Source: Thermoproteota archaeon
GTDB lineage: Archaea > Asgardarchaeota > Jordiarchaeia > Jordiarchaeales > Freyrarchaeaceae
Direction of reading: 5' to 3'
Assembly: GCA_029258835.1 (NCBI GenBank)
Contig: JAPDJY010000015.1
Coordinates: forward strand, 1 to 23,512
DNA: 23,512 nt
Shown: one piece after another, positions 7,875-17,664 of the stretch
How the letters are laid out: each line of letters opens with the position of its first letter
How positions within the stretch are numbered: the first letter of the stretch is position 1
The notes under the pieces: model-generated
Seen by the model: the letters and a program-made list of their open reading frames with translations, nothing else
The model's database searches: none
Told to the model about the DNA's origin: nothing
Made by a program: the position numbers and the translations under genes

Positions 7875-10800
7875 ATGATCGGGGAGGATGGCAGTTTAAA
7901 GGAGTACTTTACACTGCTGGAGAGGGAGTTCGAAAGAGTCTACGAGGTTGCGAGTAAAGCTAGGAGAAGGGGGTTAGACCCTGCTTTAGAGCCGGAGATT
8001 AAGCCGGCCAAGGACATAGCTGCTAGAGTGGAGGGGATCATTGGGCTTGAAGGAGTGGCTGACAGGATAAGGGAATTACTTAGGGATGCTTCAAGGGAGG
8101 AGGTGGCCTTTAAAATAGCTGAAGAGATCGTCTATGAACGGTTCTGCGAGTTTTCCTCTGACGGAGAGGCTGCCGATAAGGCTCTTCGCGTAGCACTCGC
8201 TATTTTAACCGAAAGCGTTACGGCTGCACCAATAGAGGGGATCGCCACCGTCAAGGTCAAAAATAATTTTGATGGAACAAGCTACTTAGCAGTCTACTAT
8301 GCTGGGCCTATAAGGTCTGCGGGTGGAACTGAACAGGCTGTCTCTGTTTTAGTGGCAGACTTTATCAGGAGACTCCTCCATCTAGACAGGTATAAGCCGC
8401 TTGAAGACGAGGTGGAGCGTTACGTTGAAGAAATAGACTTATACGAGAGGCGGGTTACGCATCTTCAATACCCTTCGACCCCGCAGGAAATAAGGCTGGC
8501 CGTCAGAAACATTCCAGTAGAGGTAACAGGAGAGCCGACGGATCCATACGAGGTCTCCGGCCACAGGAACCTTAGCAGGGTAGAAACCAACCAGCTGAGG
8601 GGGGGTGCAATCCTAGTTATTAACGATGGGATTATAGGAAAAGCGAAGAAGCTAAAGAAGTTTGTAGAACAGATCGGTCTTGACGGCTGGGATTGGCTTT
8701 CCGACCTCGGGAAAACTAAGGAGGAGAAAGGAGGCGAGGACGCCTTATTCAATGGGATTACACCCAGTGACAAATACCTTTCGGACGTAATTGCGGGTAG
8801 ACCGGTTTTCTCCATGCCGTCAGCTAAAGGCGGTTTTAGACTTAGATATGGTCGATCCCGAAACACGGGCTTAGCGGCTGTGGGGGTGCATCCAGCAACA
8901 ATGATCATCCTTAGTGGGTTCCTAGCTCCTGGAACACATGTAAGAACTGAGAGGCCAGGTAAGGGCGCCGTTGTTTCGCCTGTAGATAGCATAGAGGGAC
9001 CCATTGTAAAGCTGAGAGATGGAAGCGTGATAAGGGTTGAAAGCGTCGAAGACGCCGTTAAAATTGCTGATGACGTTGCTGAGACTCTTTTCTTGGGAGA
9101 CATGCTAGTAGGGTTTGGCGAGTTCTTAGAAAACAACCATGTGCTTCTGCCTTCAGGTATATGCGAGGAATGGTGGGTTCAGGAGCTTAAATTAAAAGTG
9201 GAAAAGCATGGAGGGATGAAGGGAGCAAGTAGGCGAACTGGCATCTCTGAGGGACGCTTGAGGGAGTTTATGGAAAGGCCCTTCGAAGCCAAGCCGAACG
9301 CGCGTGAAGCACTGATCCTAAGTAGAAGGTTGATGATTCCGCTCCACCCGAGGTACACCTACAACTGGCAGGACATTGACATAGAAGAGCTGTTGAAGCT
9401 TAAGAGATGGATGAGCTTATCCGAAGAACAGGGAAGTAGCCGGGTGATTTCCGGGGATGTGAAGGGAATCCTTGAAAGGCTAGGCGTCCCCCATAAGGTT
9501 GAAGACGGCGAAGTGGTTCTGGGAGAGGAAGAAAAACTTATTTTATCTACCTGCCTGGCCGCTGGACGCCCTACAGGCGAAAACAGCCTCCTAAGGTATA
9601 CTGCAAGAACGGCGCTTGAACTTGTTAACATGCTGGCAGGGTTCCCGGTGAGGGCGAAAGCCCCTGTTTACATTGGTGCAAGAATGGGAAGGCCAGAGAA
9701 AGCGGATAAGAGAACGTTGAACCCTCCATTGCACGTCCTTTTCCCTGTAGGCCTCAAGGGAGGGAAGGGGAGAAGCATAATTGTTGCGGCGAAAAGCGGC
9801 CCGGTAACTGTGGAGGTAGCGAAGAGAAGGTGCCCAGAGTGCGGAGAGGAAACGTTTCATGTTTACTGTAGAAGCTGCCATTGTAGAACCGTGCAGGTGA
9901 ACTGTTGCCCTCAATGCGGTTTTACAACGAATAAGAGTAAGTGTCCAAAGTGTGGCGTGGAAACCAAGCCGTATGGTAAATCCGTTGTAGACGTGAAAAG
10001 GGAGCTGGCTGACGCTATTAAAAGGCTGGAGCTGCCGTCACCGCCTCGCGAGGTGAAAGGTGTTAAGGCGCTGTCAAGTTATTTGAAGCTTCCTGAACCT
10101 CTAGAGAAAGGGGTACTAAGGGCGAAGCATGGCCTCTACGTGTATAAGGATGGAACGGTCAGGTTTGACGCTACAGACGCCCCTCTCACCCATTTTACAC
10201 CTCGCGAGGTAGGAACGCCAGTAGAAAGACTGAGAGAGCTAGGGTACACTTGCGATTATAAAGGTAACCCCCTTAAAGATGAAGACCAGATACTGGAACT
10301 CAAACCTCAGGACGTAGTAATACCTATTAAATCTGCTGAGTACCTAGTTAAGGTTGCAAAATTCATAGATGAGTTGCTGGTTAGGTTCTACGATCTACGG
10401 CCATACTATAACGTTGAAAGAGAAGAGGATCTTGTTGGACACTTAATAATAGGCTTGGCGCCACACACTTCGGCGGGGATCCTAGGTAGAATAGTCGGAT
10501 TCACCAAAGCTAACGTTTGCTTTGCTCATCCTTACTGGCATGCTGCAAAGAGAAGAAACTGTGATGGAGATGAAGACGCAATACTATTAGCCCTTGATGC
10601 ACTCATCAACTTTTCGAAGGCGTACATCCCAGAGAAAAGAGGGGGAATGATGGACACGCCCCTAGTTCTCACGGTGTTCCTGAACCCTCTTGAAGTGGAC
10701 AGTGAAGCATACAATTTGGATGCCGGAACACAGTATCCTCTTGAGTTCTACTACGCAACTCAACGCTTCGCAAAACCAGACGAGCTAAAACCGATCCTGG

Positions 10801-11312
10801 ACATAGTAGACCACCGGCTGAACACTCCGAGACAGTACCAAGGCATCGGATTCACCCACCCAACAAGAGATATACATCAAGGACCGGAGACTACCACATA
10901 TAGAAAGCTGAAGAAAATGAGTGAGAAAATAAATGCTCAACTAGAGCTTGCATCGAAAATCAGAGCGGTAGCAGAGGACAAGGTTGCGGAGAAAGTGCTG
11001 CAAAAACATCTTCTAAGAGATATAGTGGGAAACCTGAAGGCATTCACCACACAGCAGATAAGATGTTTAAACTGCAATAAGAAATATAGGAGGCCGCCCT
11101 TGAAGGGAACATGTCCTGCGTGTGGAGGAAAATTGGTTCTCACTGTTCACCAAGCGACAATAGAAAAGTATCTTCCATTCGCAACGGAGATCATTCGACG
11201 GTACAACTTAAAACCATACCTTAAACAAAGAATAAAGCTAATAGAAGACAGTCTAAAAATGCTCTTCCAAAAAGGCAGTAAACAAAAGCAGTTAACACTT
11301 GTAGAAAAGTAA
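7875..11312 (+). CDS. polC: DNA polymerase II (PolD) large subunit DP2
   Basis: At 1145 aa the length is typical and does not suggest an intein. It has DP2-type Cys clusters (CPECG...CRSC...CPQCG...CPKCG), the HPYWHAAKRRNCDGDED catalytic region and the C-terminal zinc finger CLNC...CPACGG. Confidence 0.95.
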   Translation: MIGEDGSLKEYFTLLEREFERVYEVASKARRRGLDPALEPEIKPAKDIAARVEGIIGLEGVADRIRELLRDASREEVAFKIAEEIVYERFCEFSSDGEAADKALRVALAILTESVTAAPIEGIATVKVKNNFDGTSYLAVYYAGPIRSAGGTEQAVSVLVADFIRRLLHLDRYKPLEDEVERYVEEIDLYERRVTHLQYPSTPQEIRLAVRNIPVEVTGEPTDPYEVSGHRNLSRVETNQLRGGAILVINDGIIGKAKKLKKFVEQIGLDGWDWLSDLGKTKEEKGGEDALFNGITPSDKYLSDVIAGRPVFSMPSAKGGFRLRYGRSRNTGLAAVGVHPATMIILSGFLAPGTHVRTERPGKGAVVSPVDSIEGPIVKLRDGSVIRVESVEDAVKIADDVAETLFLGDMLVGFGEFLENNHVLLPSGICEEWWVQELKLKVEKHGGMKGASRRTGISEGRLREFMERPFEAKPNAREALILSRRLMIPLHPRYTYNWQDIDIEELLKLKRWMSLSEEQGSSRVISGDVKGILERLGVPHKVEDGEVVLGEEEKLILSTCLAAGRPTGENSLLRYTARTALELVNMLAGFPVRAKAPVYIGARMGRPEKADKRTLNPPLHVLFPVGLKGGKGRSIIVAAKSGPVTVEVAKRRCPECGEETFHVYCRSCHCRTVQVNCCPQCGFTTNKSKCPKCGVETKPYGKSVVDVKRELADAIKRLELPSPPREVKGVKALSSYLKLPEPLEKGVLRAKHGLYVYKDGTVRFDATDAPLTHFTPREVGTPVERLRELGYTCDYKGNPLKDEDQILELKPQDVVIPIKSAEYLVKVAKFIDELLVRFYDLRPYYNVEREEDLVGHLIIGLAPHTSAGILGRIVGFTKANVCFAHPYWHAAKRRNCDGDEDAILLALDALINFSKAYIPEKRGGMMDTPLVLTVFLNPLEVDSEAYNLDAGTQYPLEFYYATQRFAKPDELKPILDIVDHRLNTPRQYQGIGFTHPTRDIHQGPETTTYRKLKKMSEKINAQLELASKIRAVAEDKVAEKVLQKHLLRDIVGNLKAFTTQQIRCLNCNKKYRRPPLKGTCPACGGKLVLTVHQATIEKYLPFATEIIRRYNLKPYLKQRIKLIEDSLKMLFQKGSKQKQLTLVEK

Positions 11313-11367
11313 AAGTAAAAGGAACTTAAGAACTTAGAATCTGTTAGATAAAAGAGAATGGTGAATC

Positions 11368-11655
11368 ATGTCGCGGACGGCAAAATGGAGGAAAATACCT
11401 CACGTACCACAAGCAGTTTTACGAACAAAAAGAAACATCCAGCAAGGAGTGAGTACGAGGACGAAGATACTTAAGGCAATAGAGGCGACGCCTAAAACAG
11501 CCAAGCAAATAGCAGAGGAAACAGGAATAGGATACAACAGCATCCTAAGACAATTAAAAACAATGGAAAAGGAAAAAATAGTTACTCGAGATGAGAACAA
11601 TCCAACATGCTGGAGAGTTACAGGGCTTGGCCAACAACCACTACGAAAAAATTAA
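11368..11655 (+). CDS. small winged-helix DNA-binding protein (ArsR/MarR-like)
   Basis: 95 aa. TKILKAIEATPKTAKQIAEETGIGYNSILRQLKTMEKEKIVTRD is a typical wHTH. Confidence 0.6.
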   Translation: MSRTAKWRKIPHVPQAVLRTKRNIQQGVSTRTKILKAIEATPKTAKQIAEETGIGYNSILRQLKTMEKEKIVTRDENNPTCWRVTGLGQQPLRKN

Positions 11656-11762
11656 AGAAGAAAGCCACTTAGAGAATTATAAATTTAAACTTTCATTTTA
11701 ACTCTCTTAGGGGGAACCTCTTTCTGTCCCTAGTTATCTTTAGATAGAGTAAAATGTGATAA

Positions 11763-11874
11763 TGGGTGGGCCAGGATTCGAACCTGGGACCTTAGCGCGC
11801 ATTCACGCGATCCGCCGTGTGAGGGCGGCTTTACGCCCCTCTTCAGGGAGTCATAACCCCTAGACTACCCACCC
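11763..11874 (-). tRNA. tRNA-Val (anticodon CAC) with two non-canonical introns (about 20 nt near position 25-27 and about 19 nt near position 43-45)
   Basis: On the minus strand the acceptor stem is GGGTGGG/CCCACCC with discriminator A, and the D arm is GTCT..TGAC. The anticodon arm is CCGCC-CTCACAC-GGCGG, the variable loop is AGGTC, and the T arm is CCAGG-TTCGAAT-CCTGG. The gene is 112 nt; removing about 11830-11849 and about 11793-11811 leaves 73 nt. CCA is not encoded. Confidence 0.85.
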
Positions 11875-12223
11875 AACATTCTTTAGCTTCAATTGAAGTG
11901 AAAGGATTGAATGATTTTTAAGTGTTGCGACGTGTATTTCGAAAAAGTAAGAAAGCTAAAAATGTTTAAAATCCAGACTATGGTGGAGTCATAAGTTTTT
12001 GAAGGAGCCATTTGGTATATCCATATCCCAAAGAGTAGGAGGTGTCTTGATAGTCCGAAATGGGTAGGATGAAGCCTTGCAGGCAAACCTGGGATCTCCC
12101 GGCTTTAGTAATGGGGGAGTATCAAATAGCCAGTAGAAAGAGTAAGCTGATTGGTGAAGGGGGCTTTTAAACCGGAAAAACGGGGAGAAATACAGGCTAT
12201 CCATGGGATTCACTATTAAAGAA

Positions 12224-13150
12224 TTAAAGTTTTTCTAGTTTTTGAAGTTCATCCCACTTTCTATCTACATGATTCTGGATTTCGTTGATTATGTCTTGCC
12301 TTAGCTTTGGGGTGAAGAGGTGTCTAAATCTTCCTTGAGGCCTAAGGTAGTATTCAACTGGGAGTTTCCGTCTCGGCCTGACGGTGATCCTGTACTTTCC
12401 GTTATCCACTTCGTAAAGCGGCCATATACATGTCTGAACGGCTATGCGACCAAGTTCTATTGTAAGGTGAGGCTCCGTACGCCACCCTCTTGGGCAGGGT
12501 GTCAAAGCTAAAATGAAAGCAGGCCCATCTGCGTCAATAGCCTTCCTCATTTTTCTTTGGAGATCCATCGGATATGACGCACTCACCGTCGCCGCATAGG
12601 GAATATCGTGTCCGACAACTATCTTCATAAGGTCTTTCTGCCATTCGATTTTTCCAGGGTTTACTTTGCCTACCGGGCTGGTGGTTGTCCAAGCGCCCTT
12701 GGGAGTAGCTCCGGACCTTTGTATTCCCGTGTTCATATATGCGTCGTTGGTGTAACAGACGTAAATGAACTTATGCCCCCTCTCGAGGGCGCCTGAAAGG
12801 GCCTGCAAACCTATGTCGTATGTTCCCCCGTCGCCTGCGAGAGCTAATACCATATCCCACTTTTTCTTTCTCCCTTTACGTATCAGGGCTTTCTGGGCTG
12901 CTTCGACACCAGCTGCGACTGCAGCCGTACATTCGAAGGCTGCATGTAACCATGGAACTCGCCAAGACGTGTAGGGGAAGGGTGTTGTTGACACCTCTAA
13001 GCACGAAGTAGCGTTACAAACTATTGGCGGCTCACTGAATGCCTTTAAAATCTGCCTTATGGTGACTCCTTCACCGCATCCGGCGCAAAGCCTGTGCCCT
13101 GGGGCGAGATACTCATGCAAAGGTAATTCCTTCAGCTTCAAATCAACCAC
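12224..13150 (-). CDS. porB: 2-oxoacid (pyruvate/2-ketoisovalerate):ferredoxin oxidoreductase beta subunit (TPP-binding)
   Basis: Carries CAGCG, the TPP motif GDGGTYDIG and the POR-beta-type C-terminus. It is the last gene of the gamma-delta-alpha-beta operon. Confidence 0.9.
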   Translation of the reverse strand: MVDLKLKELPLHEYLAPGHRLCAGCGEGVTIRQILKAFSEPPIVCNATSCLEVSTTPFPYTSWRVPWLHAAFECTAAVAAGVEAAQKALIRKGRKKKWDMVLALAGDGGTYDIGLQALSGALERGHKFIYVCYTNDAYMNTGIQRSGATPKGAWTTTSPVGKVNPGKIEWQKDLMKIVVGHDIPYAATVSASYPMDLQRKMRKAIDADGPAFILALTPCPRGWRTEPHLTIELGRIAVQTCIWPLYEVDNGKYRITVRPRRKLPVEYYLRPQGRFRHLFTPKLRQDIINEIQNHVDRKWDELQKLEKL

Positions 13151-13151
13151 C

Positions 13152-14351
13152 TCAAGGTTCTATACATCCTTTTCCTCTACACCCAGCGACTTTGTAGTCT
13201 TCTTCTAAGCTGTCTTGCTCGGCGACCTTTAGCAATGTTTCAGCCATTTTAATGAAATGTTCAACTCTAATGTCTCTTCCACCAAGGCCTGTGGGGAAGC
13301 CCATCACGTGAGGCTTACTTCTCAGCTCGTAGAGGGCAGCTCTAACTTCCATGTTTAATGCGCCACCTATAGCTCCGAAGCTTATGTGCCGATCTACCAC
13401 GCCGACAGCCTTTAAACTGCCAAGAAGTTCCTGCAGTTCCTTTACTGGTAAGGGGCGGAACAAACGCATTTTCACGAGCCCGATGTTTACTCCTTTCTTT
13501 CTCAGTAGGTCCACAGCCACCTTAGCTGTCCCGCTTGCGCTTCCTATGGCTAAAAGCGCTATTTCAGCATCGTCCATTTGATACGGCTCGAGAATATCGT
13601 AGTTTCTCCCGAACGCCTCGTTAAACTCTTTAAAAATTTCTTTTATCTTCGTAATCGACTTTTGCGTAGCCACTTCCTGCTGGAATTTTATTTCAGGGTA
13701 GTATTCAGGTACGCCGACGCAGCCCATAGTTACGGGATGATCCACGTCTAAGGGATATACAGGGTCTCGTTCAGGCAGAAAGCTGTCGACGTCTTCGTCT
13801 CTTAGGGTTTCGATTCCTTCCGTTGAGTGGCTGATTACAAATCCGTCGTGGCAAACCATTACTGGGAGGAGGACGCCGTGGTCTTCCGCTATCTTAAACG
13901 CCTGTATGGTTAAGTCGTAAACTTCCTGGGCGTTCTCATTGTAGATTTGAATCCATCCGCAGTCCCGGGCTCCCATGGTGTCGCTCATGTCATTCCAGAT
14001 GTTTAGGGGGGAGTTCAAAGCACGGTTAGCAATGCTCATGACGATCGGCAGCCTGAAGGAGGAAGCAACAAAAAGCATCTCATACATTAAAGCTAGCCCT
14101 TGAGAAGCTGTAGCAGTATACGTCCTCGCACCAGCCGCAGCAGCCCCAATGCATGCACTCATCGCCGAGTGTTCCGACTCCACTGCTATGAACTCGGCAT
14201 CAAGCTCGCCATCAGCAACATATTCACTCAGCCTTTCAACAATTATCGTCTGGGGAGTTATAGGGTACGCAGCGATGACATCAGGCTTACACTGCTTAAC
14301 AGCGTAAGCAGCGGCTTCGTCACCATTCATAGCGAGTATGCATCCCGTCAT
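13152..14351 (-). CDS. porA: 2-oxoacid:ferredoxin oxidoreductase alpha subunit
   Basis: NGDEAAAYA...YPITPQT...ESEHSAMSACIGAAAAGARTYTATASQGL is typical of POR/VOR alpha subunits. Confidence 0.9.
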   Translation of the reverse strand: MTGCILAMNGDEAAAYAVKQCKPDVIAAYPITPQTIIVERLSEYVADGELDAEFIAVESEHSAMSACIGAAAAGARTYTATASQGLALMYEMLFVASSFRLPIVMSIANRALNSPLNIWNDMSDTMGARDCGWIQIYNENAQEVYDLTIQAFKIAEDHGVLLPVMVCHDGFVISHSTEGIETLRDEDVDSFLPERDPVYPLDVDHPVTMGCVGVPEYYPEIKFQQEVATQKSITKIKEIFKEFNEAFGRNYDILEPYQMDDAEIALLAIGSASGTAKVAVDLLRKKGVNIGLVKMRLFRPLPVKELQELLGSLKAVGVVDRHISFGAIGGALNMEVRAALYELRSKPHVMGFPTGLGGRDIRVEHFIKMAETLLKVAEQDSLEEDYKVAGCRGKGCIEP

Positions 14352-14375
14352 CCACCACCCACCTTTTAAACACCT

Positions 14376-14663
14376 CTACTCGATTTCACTTTTCATTTTA
14401 ATGGCACCGGAAGGGCACTCGTAGGAGCATATACCACACCCTTTACAGTGATAGTAGTCTACTTCAACCTTGTCCTGTCCTCTAACTATGGCACCATCAG
14501 GGCAGTATATCCAGCATAAAAGACAGAAAGTGCACTTTTCATGGTTAATGACCGGCTTTTGCCTTGACCGCCAGTCACCAGTTCGGTACTCTTCAGCATT
14601 TCCAGGATCCAGTATAAATCCGGCGAAGGGAACTTCTTCCCACGTCAAAGGCTTATGTTTCAT
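14376..14663 (-). CDS. porD: 2-oxoacid:ferredoxin oxidoreductase delta subunit (2x[4Fe-4S] ferredoxin domain)
   Basis: 95 aa with two Cys clusters, CTFCLLCWIYCP and CKGCGICSYECP. The start overlaps the stop of the gamma subunit (ATGA). Confidence 0.9.
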   Translation of the reverse strand: MKHKPLTWEEVPFAGFILDPGNAEEYRTGDWRSRQKPVINHEKCTFCLLCWIYCPDGAIVRGQDKVEVDYYHCKGCGICSYECPSGAIKMKSEIE

Positions 14664-15274
14664 CCTTCAACCACCTCTTGATATGCCCTCCGCACTGCCT
14701 GAACGTTTTTCTCCGCAACTTCCTTTCTGAACGCTTTACCTATAACTTGGAGGATGGAATCCAAATTCACGATTTTTGTTGCTTTCACCAATGCTCCAAG
14801 CATTGGAGCGTTAACCCTTGGAGCGCCAAGCACCTCGAGAGCTATCTTGGTTGCGTCGACAGTAGCGGTCCTAACATTAGCGTTAAGAGCATTCTTAACC
14901 TCGCTTGGTGATGATGATGTGTTTACGATCAACCACCCTTTGTCCTTTAGCCCCTCCGTCACATTTTCAGCCCTTAAAAGCGTCGGATCTAAGACAACCA
15001 CAATGTCAGGGTTATATATTTGGGAATGTATGGTGATCGGCTTTTCACTAATCCTCGTGAAAGCTCTTATGGGTGCACCCTCTCTTTCCGCTCCGAAGCT
15101 TGGAAAGCTCTGTATCCTCTTACCTTCAGAGAGAGCTGCCTCAGCCAATAGCCGGCTAGCGGTGACGACGCCTTGACCACCTCTCCCATGAAACCTAACA
15201 TCTATAATTTCCTGCAAGGAAACACCTCTCTCCTTGGGTTTACCCATTTCCAATACTATGTTGCTAAACATCAT
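14660..15274 (-). CDS. porG: 2-oxoacid:ferredoxin oxidoreductase gamma subunit
   Basis: RFHGRGGQGVVTASRLLAEAA...FPSFGAEREGAP is the POR-gamma signature. The true start may be the internal Met 9 codons downstream. Confidence 0.9.
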   Translation of the reverse strand: MMFSNIVLEMGKPKERGVSLQEIIDVRFHGRGGQGVVTASRLLAEAALSEGKRIQSFPSFGAEREGAPIRAFTRISEKPITIHSQIYNPDIVVVLDPTLLRAENVTEGLKDKGWLIVNTSSSPSEVKNALNANVRTATVDATKIALEVLGAPRVNAPMLGALVKATKIVNLDSILQVIGKAFRKEVAEKNVQAVRRAYQEVVEG

Positions 15275-15367
15275 GATTCCATACCTAAAAAGTTTACTGA
15301 GGGGGGCACGCGACCTAGCAGGGAAACGTGGTGAAGGTGTAGGTGAAGCTTGTAGGGCTATCCTCGT

Positions 15368-17194
15368 TCACAGGAGGAGAAAAAGGGGGATAATTGACAA
15401 CAGTAGGGACAGGGCTAGAACTACGATTGCCCTCTTAGCTTCCTTAGCCGCCTGCTGTATAACCGCTGAAAGAGCTCTGATCTGTTCCTCACCGATCACC
15501 TTTAAATGTACTTTCTTAACGACGAAGCTGGGTTCAACATTCACCATGCTTCTTTCCGCCTGGCTGACGGCTTCTAGAGCAGCATCTACCACCAAGTTCC
15601 AGTCAATAGAGGAGCCGACGGGGTTTGCCCCTCCTAGTCTAAGCGACACAGCGTTCGTTTCATGCGTGTCACTCGTTAAAACTTCCGCCGTTTGAACGCC
15701 GGTAGAACACACCCGTTCTATGATTTTCTCCCTAAGACCCGGAACCATATTGTTGCCATCTATGATTACGTATGCTGAGAGGAAGCCTTCAACGTCTATT
15801 AGAAAAGCTGTGACGCCTCCTCTCCCGATCCCTTCTCTCACGCCTGCATTTCTAACCTGAGTCCTTCCTCCTCCAACCCTGACGTGGCAAGATGTTAACT
15901 TCTTTGCCTTTTTAAGCGCTCCCCTAGCTGCCATGATAATCTCGTCAGCTACCTGCGTACCCGGCTCTATTGGCTCTAGGTCAAAACCGCTTTCGTTGCA
16001 GTTATGGGCGTCTATTAGAAAGATGTTACCTTTCCAATCTTTAGTTAAACTAAACGAGAGTTCATCCATAAGCTTAGGGTCTAGATCGTCAAAACTGTGA
16101 GGTGCAAGGGTCACGATGAACAAGGCTAGGCTGCCGAAAATTTGGCAACCAACCTTCACTTTCCCGATTTCTTCGTAAACCAGCGGGCTGACCGGAAAAC
16201 CGCTCACATACTCATTGGAAGATAGGGAGCTTAAAACAGATTCAATAAGTTTAACTACCTCACTTTGAGAAACAGGGTTTTGAGCGTGCGTTGACGGGCC
16301 ATGGGCAACGCCTGTTACACAGTGAAAGCGCCTTTCAACAGCGTCCATAACCATGTGGGGCATCATGCTTCCTCCAACCGTCTTAAGCGGACCCGGATGA
16401 ACTGTTGGGACAACTAGGACGAAGTGAAGATGGCTGCCACTTGCAAATTTTAGTATCAGCACAGGGCGTTCCTCCTCGCATCCAATCTTTGATAAGGTCC
16501 GTTCTAGCACGTGCGGGTAGTCAGACAGCCACTCAGCCAGAAAGCCGTAAAGAAGCCGTAGTCCTCCGACTCCCAGCCTCTTTTTAACGGCTATGTCGAC
16601 TACGTAAAGATAGATAAGTCCTGAAGATACTGGGAGGACGCTGACTGCAGCTATCTCAGCGAAGAGTGTGGTGGACGCTGGGAGGAAGCCTGAAAAGATA
16701 AGTGCCGCCACGAGCAGCAGCGGCTGCGTTGAAGCAGCAACTACGGACCTAGGAGCACTAAGATCCGCCACACCCTTAAAAACGATTACGCGAAGAAGAA
16801 GCATCGCCTCCACACCGACGATTACCCCTACGGTTAACGCTTGAGGGGTCAGCAAACGGAGGAAACCGCCAACTATAGCTGGAACCGACCAGAAAAACAA
16901 TGCGAACAGGTTTAAGCCTAGAAGACGCCTAAGAGTCCAAATCCCGCTTTCCTCACGCACTATAGGCGCTGAAACAAATAGTGAAGCTAGAGAGGGAGAG
17001 AGAAGCACGCTTAAACCCCAAAACCCGCCGGATGCTAACTCAGAAAGGAGGTAAGGGGAGCTAAAATGTGAAAGCCAGATTAGCATGCCAATTAGGAAAT
17101 GTGCGATGATAGTTACAAATAGTAGAGTTAAGGAGGAGGGGAGGGTGAATAGTTTATTGTAAAGCCTAGCTACATCCCCTAAGTCAAAGGACAT
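15368..17194 (-). CDS. archaeal polytopic membrane protein with large soluble domain, possibly DUF2070 family
   Basis: 608 aa. The N-terminal ~230 aa contain multiple TM helices, followed by a ~330-aa soluble region (VPTVHPGPLKTVGG...) and a C-terminal TM anchor. The family name is from memory and was not verified. Confidence 0.7.
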   Translation of the reverse strand: MSFDLGDVARLYNKLFTLPSSLTLLFVTIIAHFLIGMLIWLSHFSSPYLLSELASGGFWGLSVLLSPSLASLFVSAPIVREESGIWTLRRLLGLNLFALFFWSVPAIVGGFLRLLTPQALTVGVIVGVEAMLLLRVIVFKGVADLSAPRSVVAASTQPLLLVAALIFSGFLPASTTLFAEIAAVSVLPVSSGLIYLYVVDIAVKKRLGVGGLRLLYGFLAEWLSDYPHVLERTLSKIGCEEERPVLILKFASGSHLHFVLVVPTVHPGPLKTVGGSMMPHMVMDAVERRFHCVTGVAHGPSTHAQNPVSQSEVVKLIESVLSSLSSNEYVSGFPVSPLVYEEIGKVKVGCQIFGSLALFIVTLAPHSFDDLDPKLMDELSFSLTKDWKGNIFLIDAHNCNESGFDLEPIEPGTQVADEIIMAARGALKKAKKLTSCHVRVGGGRTQVRNAGVREGIGRGGVTAFLIDVEGFLSAYVIIDGNNMVPGLREKIIERVCSTGVQTAEVLTSDTHETNAVSLRLGGANPVGSSIDWNLVVDAALEAVSQAERSMVNVEPSFVVKKVHLKVIGEEQIRALSAVIQQAAKEAKRAIVVLALSLLLSIIPLFLLL

Positions 17195-17664
17195 GAAATA
17201 TCACCCTAAAAGCATCGACCCACAATACGTAGTTTCAATTGGAGTAAAAGAACTTTTAAAGTTACTGTTTTCACCTTACAACGCTGGTGAGCAAAACGGA
17301 GCGCCGCCTTAAAGGCGAGCGAGGCCTTCATTAAAAGCATCATAGAATAAAGGCCTTCCACTCTTCTTTTATCTTTTTCTTTCTCTTTAAACCTCGCTCT
17401 TAAGGGAGCAACAAAGGTTTATGAATTCCGGTTAAATTTAGTAGTAAACATGCCTTTAGCAAACCCTGAAAACAAGCTTCAACCGGGAGGGAAAGGCTTA
17501 TAGAGCATAACTCGTTAACCGGCGAAATAGGGGGAGCCATAGAAGGATGCTTCAGAAACAGTCGGAAAGTTAAGAAGCCAGCCACTTTCACTTATAGTTC
17601 GAATGGGCCGTACCTCACAGCGTCCATAAACATATTTCCTGTAAAAGCCGAGTACGCTGGGGAG

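Noticed and set aside
7875-11312. A possible intein in PolD DP2.
   Set aside because: The length (1145 aa) is normal for intein-free DP2, and no intein block motifs or extra insertion were seen.
11830-11850. The hairpin CTCC-CTGAAGA-GGGG inside the tRNA-Val gene reads like a Phe (GAA) anticodon arm.
   Set aside because: Using it would consume the D-stem 3' strand, leave a 47-nt unexplained insert, and give a 4-bp stem with a mismatch. The CCGCC-CTCACAC-GGCGG arm fits the rest of the cloverleaf and typical archaeal tRNA-Val.
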